From: Bacteriovoracaceae bacterium
GTDB lineage: Bacteria > Bdellovibrionota > Bacteriovoracia > Bacteriovoracales > Bacteriovoracaceae
Length of the DNA: 64,000 nucleotides
NCBI GenBank assembly: GCA_965217035.1
Contig: OZ244226.1
Coordinates: forward strand, 1,346,146-1,410,145
Direction of reading: 5' to 3'
A program made the position numbers and the translations under genes. A model generated the notes under the pieces. The model saw only the letters and a program-made list of their open reading frames with translations, had not been told where the DNA came from and searched no databases. This document shows, in pieces, positions 60,225 to 64,000 of the stretch (its first letter is position 1; the number at the start of each line of letters is the position of its first letter).

Positions 60225-62958
60225 TAAATTTATTGAGTTTTTTGAAGAAAGAGGTCATACCAAAGTCGCCTCCTCTTCTTTGATTCCCCACAATGATCCC
60301 ACTCTTCTTTTTGCTAATGCTGGAATGAACCAATTCAAAGATTACTTCACTGGTCGTGAAGTTCCTCCTTATCCGAGAGCTGTTACTGTTCAAAAATGTG
60401 TTCGAGCAGGCGGAAAGCATAATGATCTTGAAAATGTTGGTTTCACAGCGAGACACCATACTTTTTTTGAAATGCTTGGGAACTTTTCTTTTGGTGATTA
60501 CTTTAAAAGCGAAGCTATAAACTTTGCTTGGAAGTTTCTCACGGAAGAACTCAAAATTCCGAAAGACAAACTTTATGTCACTGTTCATGAATCGGACGAT
60601 GAAGCAAAAGAACTTTGGATCAAGGAACAAAATATTCCAGAAGATCGAATCTTTAAAATGGGTGATAAGGATAATTTTTGGGAAATGGGTGATACCGGTC
60701 CCTGCGGCCCTTGTAGTGAAATATTCTATGATCATGGAGAAAAATACGCCTCAGGTGACTTTGATCATCCTATGAAAGATGAAGAGAGATGTGTTGAAGT
60801 TTGGAACTTAGTATTTATGCAATACGAGAAACATAAAGATGGAACTCGGACGGATCTTCCTAAACCAAGTGTCGATACAGGAGCTGGACTAGAAAGACTT
60901 GCAGCTGTTATGCAAAACGTTCACTGGAACTATGATACAGATTTGTTCTCCTCGTTTTTTAATAAACTTGAAGAACTTTCTGGAAAGAAATACTCAGATC
61001 CTCAATATTCAAATAGCTTCAGAGTTATTGCTGATCACTTAAGATCTTCTACTATGCTTATTACTGATGGTGCGATGCCGTCTAATGAGGGTCGTGGTTA
61101 TGTCCTTCGAAGAATTATTAGACGTGCTGTTCGTCATGCAAACGAATTAAGCCTCACAGAATCTTCGCTCTATAAGCTTGTTCCTGTCGTTTTTGAAGCC
61201 CTTGGAGAAGAATATACTGAAAATAAGGTTAATCAAGTTCTCGCAGAAAAATCTCTAAAACAAGAAGAAGATAAATTTCGAACGACTTTAAGTAATGGAC
61301 TTAAAATTCTCAATGAGAGTATTGAGCAATTGAAAGTTAAAACCTTGCCTGGAGATGTTGCCTTCAAGCTTTATGATACTTATGGATTCCCATTAGACCT
61401 AACAGAAACTATTCTTCAAGAAAAAGACATCTCCGTAGACATAGAAGGCTTTGAAAAACTCATGAGTGAAAGAGTTGAACAATCGAAGAAAAATCAAAAG
61501 TTTCATGCAGATGCTAACGACCTTCAAATATTTTACTCGATTAAAGAAAAAAATGGAGAAACTTCTTTCACTGGCTATGATACTTTAAAAGATGAAGGAA
61601 CTCTTATTGCAAAGGAAAAATTCGGAGATGGTTTTGCTCTTGTTTTCGATAAGACCCCTTTTTACGGTGAGTCCGGAGGGCAAGTCGGCGACAAAGGAAC
61701 AATTAACGATTCAATAAAGGTTTTAGACACCCAAAAGCCAATTGATAACTTTCATGTTCATTTAGTAGAAGATGCTGATGAACTAGAAGTGGGAAGCACT
61801 TATACACTTAAAGTTGATAAAGAATTAAGGAATCGAACAATTCGTAATCACTCAGCTACCCACCTTCTCCAGGCTGCACTCATTAAAACCCTTGGTTCTC
61901 ATATCAAGCAAGCCGGATCTTATGTAAACGAAGATATGCTTCGTTTTGACTTTACCCATGACTCTGGGCTAAGCGATGAAGAGATTGCAAAAACTGAAGA
62001 ACTCGTAAATTCGGAAATCAAAGCTGCAATACCCGTGAAAGACCAAATCATGAAAAAAGATGAAGCTGTCAAAGCTGGCGCCATGGCCCTTTTTGGTGAA
62101 AAGTATGGTGATGATGTTCGAGTTGTTCAAATGGGAGGCTTCTCCACAGAACTTTGTGGTGGAACTCATGTTGAAAACACTTCAGAGATTTCTTTATTTA
62201 AGATATACACAGAATCAGCTCTTGCAGCAGGCGTAAGAAGAATAATTGCCTATACCAGTGATAAAGCAAAATCTTATCAAGAAGAATTAAATGAAATTCT
62301 CAAACAGGTCACATTGATTACAAACGCTAAAGCCAGCAAAAGAAAAGGAAATGAAGTAAGTGAACTTGCTAAACTTTTCAGCACGACACCAACTGCTATT
62401 CCTACAAGGCTCACCGATACAATCAATGAACTCATGAATATTGAAAAAGAAAATAATAAATTAGAAAAAGAACTTGGAATTTCAATTTCTAAAAGCTTGG
62501 TTGAAGAACTGAAAATGGATAATAATAAAGATGAAGTTCAAAAAGTTTCTGGATTTATCAAGCTTAAAAAAACTCTGAACAAGATTAATATTTCTTTGAA
62601 AGATCAAAAGCGCTCCTCCCAGAGCGTGGATCTTTTCGTTGATCCGATCGGATTAAAATCCTGTCGCCTTTTTGTTACAAAAATAGATTCTTCACCAAAA
62701 GAGCTGAGAAAAGTGTCAGATAACTTCATCGATAAATTTCCAAAAGATGTTCTTTTTCTTTATACACATACTGATGATAAATTTGCATTTATCTTGAGAA
62801 CAAATAAATCCAATAAAGAAACTAACCTTTCAAAGCTAACGAAAGATATTTTTTCTAAAATCGAAGGTCGAGGAGGCGGAAAGCCAGATATGACTCAAGG
62901 ATCGGCACAAATATCTGATTACGATACTTTTTTAAATCATTTAAAACAGGAATTATAA
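60202..62958 (+). CDS. alaS: Alanine-tRNA ligase
   Basis: DPTLLFANAGMNQFK, HHTFFEMLGNFSFGDYFK, HSATHLL, ELCGGTHV, GGGKP. Confidence 0.98.
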   Translation: MEAKIIRSKFIEFFEERGHTKVASSSLIPHNDPTLLFANAGMNQFKDYFTGREVPPYPRAVTVQKCVRAGGKHNDLENVGFTARHHTFFEMLGNFSFGDYFKSEAINFAWKFLTEELKIPKDKLYVTVHESDDEAKELWIKEQNIPEDRIFKMGDKDNFWEMGDTGPCGPCSEIFYDHGEKYASGDFDHPMKDEERCVEVWNLVFMQYEKHKDGTRTDLPKPSVDTGAGLERLAAVMQNVHWNYDTDLFSSFFNKLEELSGKKYSDPQYSNSFRVIADHLRSSTMLITDGAMPSNEGRGYVLRRIIRRAVRHANELSLTESSLYKLVPVVFEALGEEYTENKVNQVLAEKSLKQEEDKFRTTLSNGLKILNESIEQLKVKTLPGDVAFKLYDTYGFPLDLTETILQEKDISVDIEGFEKLMSERVEQSKKNQKFHADANDLQIFYSIKEKNGETSFTGYDTLKDEGTLIAKEKFGDGFALVFDKTPFYGESGGQVGDKGTINDSIKVLDTQKPIDNFHVHLVEDADELEVGSTYTLKVDKELRNRTIRNHSATHLLQAALIKTLGSHIKQAGSYVNEDMLRFDFTHDSGLSDEEIAKTEELVNSEIKAAIPVKDQIMKKDEAVKAGAMALFGEKYGDDVRVVQMGGFSTELCGGTHVENTSEISLFKIYTESALAAGVRRIIAYTSDKAKSYQEELNEILKQVTLITNAKASKRKGNEVSELAKLFSTTPTAIPTRLTDTINELMNIEKENNKLEKELGISISKSLVEELKMDNNKDEVQKVSGFIKLKKTLNKINISLKDQKRSSQSVDLFVDPIGLKSCRLFVTKIDSSPKELRKVSDNFIDKFPKDVLFLYTHTDDKFAFILRTNKSNKETNLSKLTKDIFSKIEGRGGGKPDMTQGSAQISDYDTFLNHLKQEL

Positions 62959-62959
62959 A

Positions 62960-64000
62960 TTGAAATACCTATTACTTTTATTCGTTCTATTCTCTTGTAC
63001 TAAATCAAATCAAAGTAATAAAAAAACAATTATTATGCCACTTGCGAGTGATATTTCCTCACTGGATCCCGCTGTCGCCTTTGACAGCGTTTCTTTAAAA
63101 GTTGTTTATCAAATTTACGAAACTCTCTATCAATATGATTATAATAACCAAAACCAGATCATCCCTCTGTTAGCGGAATCAATGCCTAAAGTCTCAGAAA
63201 ATCAACTTGTTTATACTTTTAAAATAAAAGAAGGAATCAAGTACCATCCAACAAAATGGATTAAAAACAAAAAACGTATTGTCATGGCGAAAGACTTTGT
63301 TAACCAAATCAAACGCCTTGCTTTCCTTCCCACCAAAGGCCAAGGTTTTTGGCTTTTTGATGGAAAAGTAAAAGGGATCAATGATTTCAGAAGTTCAGTT
63401 GGAAATGACCTAAAAAAGATGTTTGAAACTCCCATCGAAGGTATCAAGATCATCGATGATTTTACATTTAGTATTGAGTTGTTAAAACCATTCCCTCAAA
63501 TGATTTATGCTATGGCCATGGCCTTTGTTACTCCCATTCCAGAAGAAGTTATTTGGGGACTTGAAAATAACTTAACAAATTATGAAGTTGGAACGGGTCC
63601 TTATTACTTAGAAAAGCTTCAAAGATCTCACAAAATTAAGTTAAAAGCTTTCGATGATTATCATAATTCTCAATATCCTAAATCTGGGAACTTTGAATTC
63701 CCAATTATGAAAGAAGCCCAAACACGCTGGCTAAACTTTTTAAAAAATAAGATCGACTTCTTTCCGATGACGACAGAACATTTTGATGTAGCCCTCGATA
63801 AATTAGGAAATCTAAAAAAAGAATTTGGTGATCAAGGTTTTGTACTGAAAAAAACTCCGAGTATGACTTACTGGTGGATCTCTTTTAATATGAAAGACAA
63901 AATTCTTGGAAAAAACAAAAATCTTCGAATGGCCATTGCTCATGCCATTAATTTTCCAAAATTCATTGAAAAATTCACTAATAATACAGGAATTAAAGCA
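62960..64000 (+). CDS. ABC transporter substrate-binding lipoprotein, family 5 (OppA/DppA-like); partial
   Basis: Not in the ORF track. TTG start gives MKYLLLLFVLFSC (lipobox), SLDPA, QIYETLYQYDY, PLLAESMP, YTFKIK.G..Y, VGTGPY; runs off the window. Confidence 0.9.
   Translation, partial: MKYLLLLFVLFSCTKSNQSNKKTIIMPLASDISSLDPAVAFDSVSLKVVYQIYETLYQYDYNNQNQIIPLLAESMPKVSENQLVYTFKIKEGIKYHPTKWIKNKKRIVMAKDFVNQIKRLAFLPTKGQGFWLFDGKVKGINDFRSSVGNDLKKMFETPIEGIKIIDDFTFSIELLKPFPQMIYAMAMAFVTPIPEEVIWGLENNLTNYEVGTGPYYLEKLQRSHKIKLKAFDDYHNSQYPKSGNFEFPIMKEAQTRWLNFLKNKIDFFPMTTEHFDVALDKLGNLKKEFGDQGFVLKKTPSMTYWWISFNMKDKILGKNKNLRMAIAHAINFPKFIEKFTNNTGIKA

Noticed and set aside
1..64000. tRNA, rRNA, prophage or integrase genes
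   Set aside because: None recognised in the intergenic gaps or the ORF set.

Overview
AT-rich (roughly one-third GC by eye), gene-dense chromosomal window, most likely from a predatory Bdellovibrionota bacterium of the Bacteriovoracia type. This is inferred from a hit-like Tad/RHS locus, short tandem flagellins, a TIGR04552-type gene and many Lys-rich secreted orphans. Housekeeping blocks (glmU-glmS-pcrA-gatCAB, lon, greA-recG, pgpA-recA, recX-alaS) flank an accessory core. The core holds a secreted endonuclease I, a ~671-aa secreted-protein gene cleanly split by an 876-bp IS5/IS427-type element, an orphan mobile mystery protein A, a CheY/CheX-like pair, a type IVb Tad pilus + RHS locus ending in two small proteins (one with a perfect sigma54 promoter), an unannotated 6S RNA and two flagellins with matching AGGAG leader hairpins. 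The best candidate for an undescribed system is the operon at 37624-42707: coiled-coil protein, TPR lipoprotein, motA, motB and a 474-aa protein. By eye the 474-aa protein looks like a signal-peptide-bearing FliF ring domain, a TM helix and a FliG C-terminal domain in one chain, suggesting a self-contained non-flagellar stator-rotor module. An OM beta-barrel and a large NHL/FN3 surface lipoprotein lie next to it. All homology calls are by motif recognition; no searches were run.
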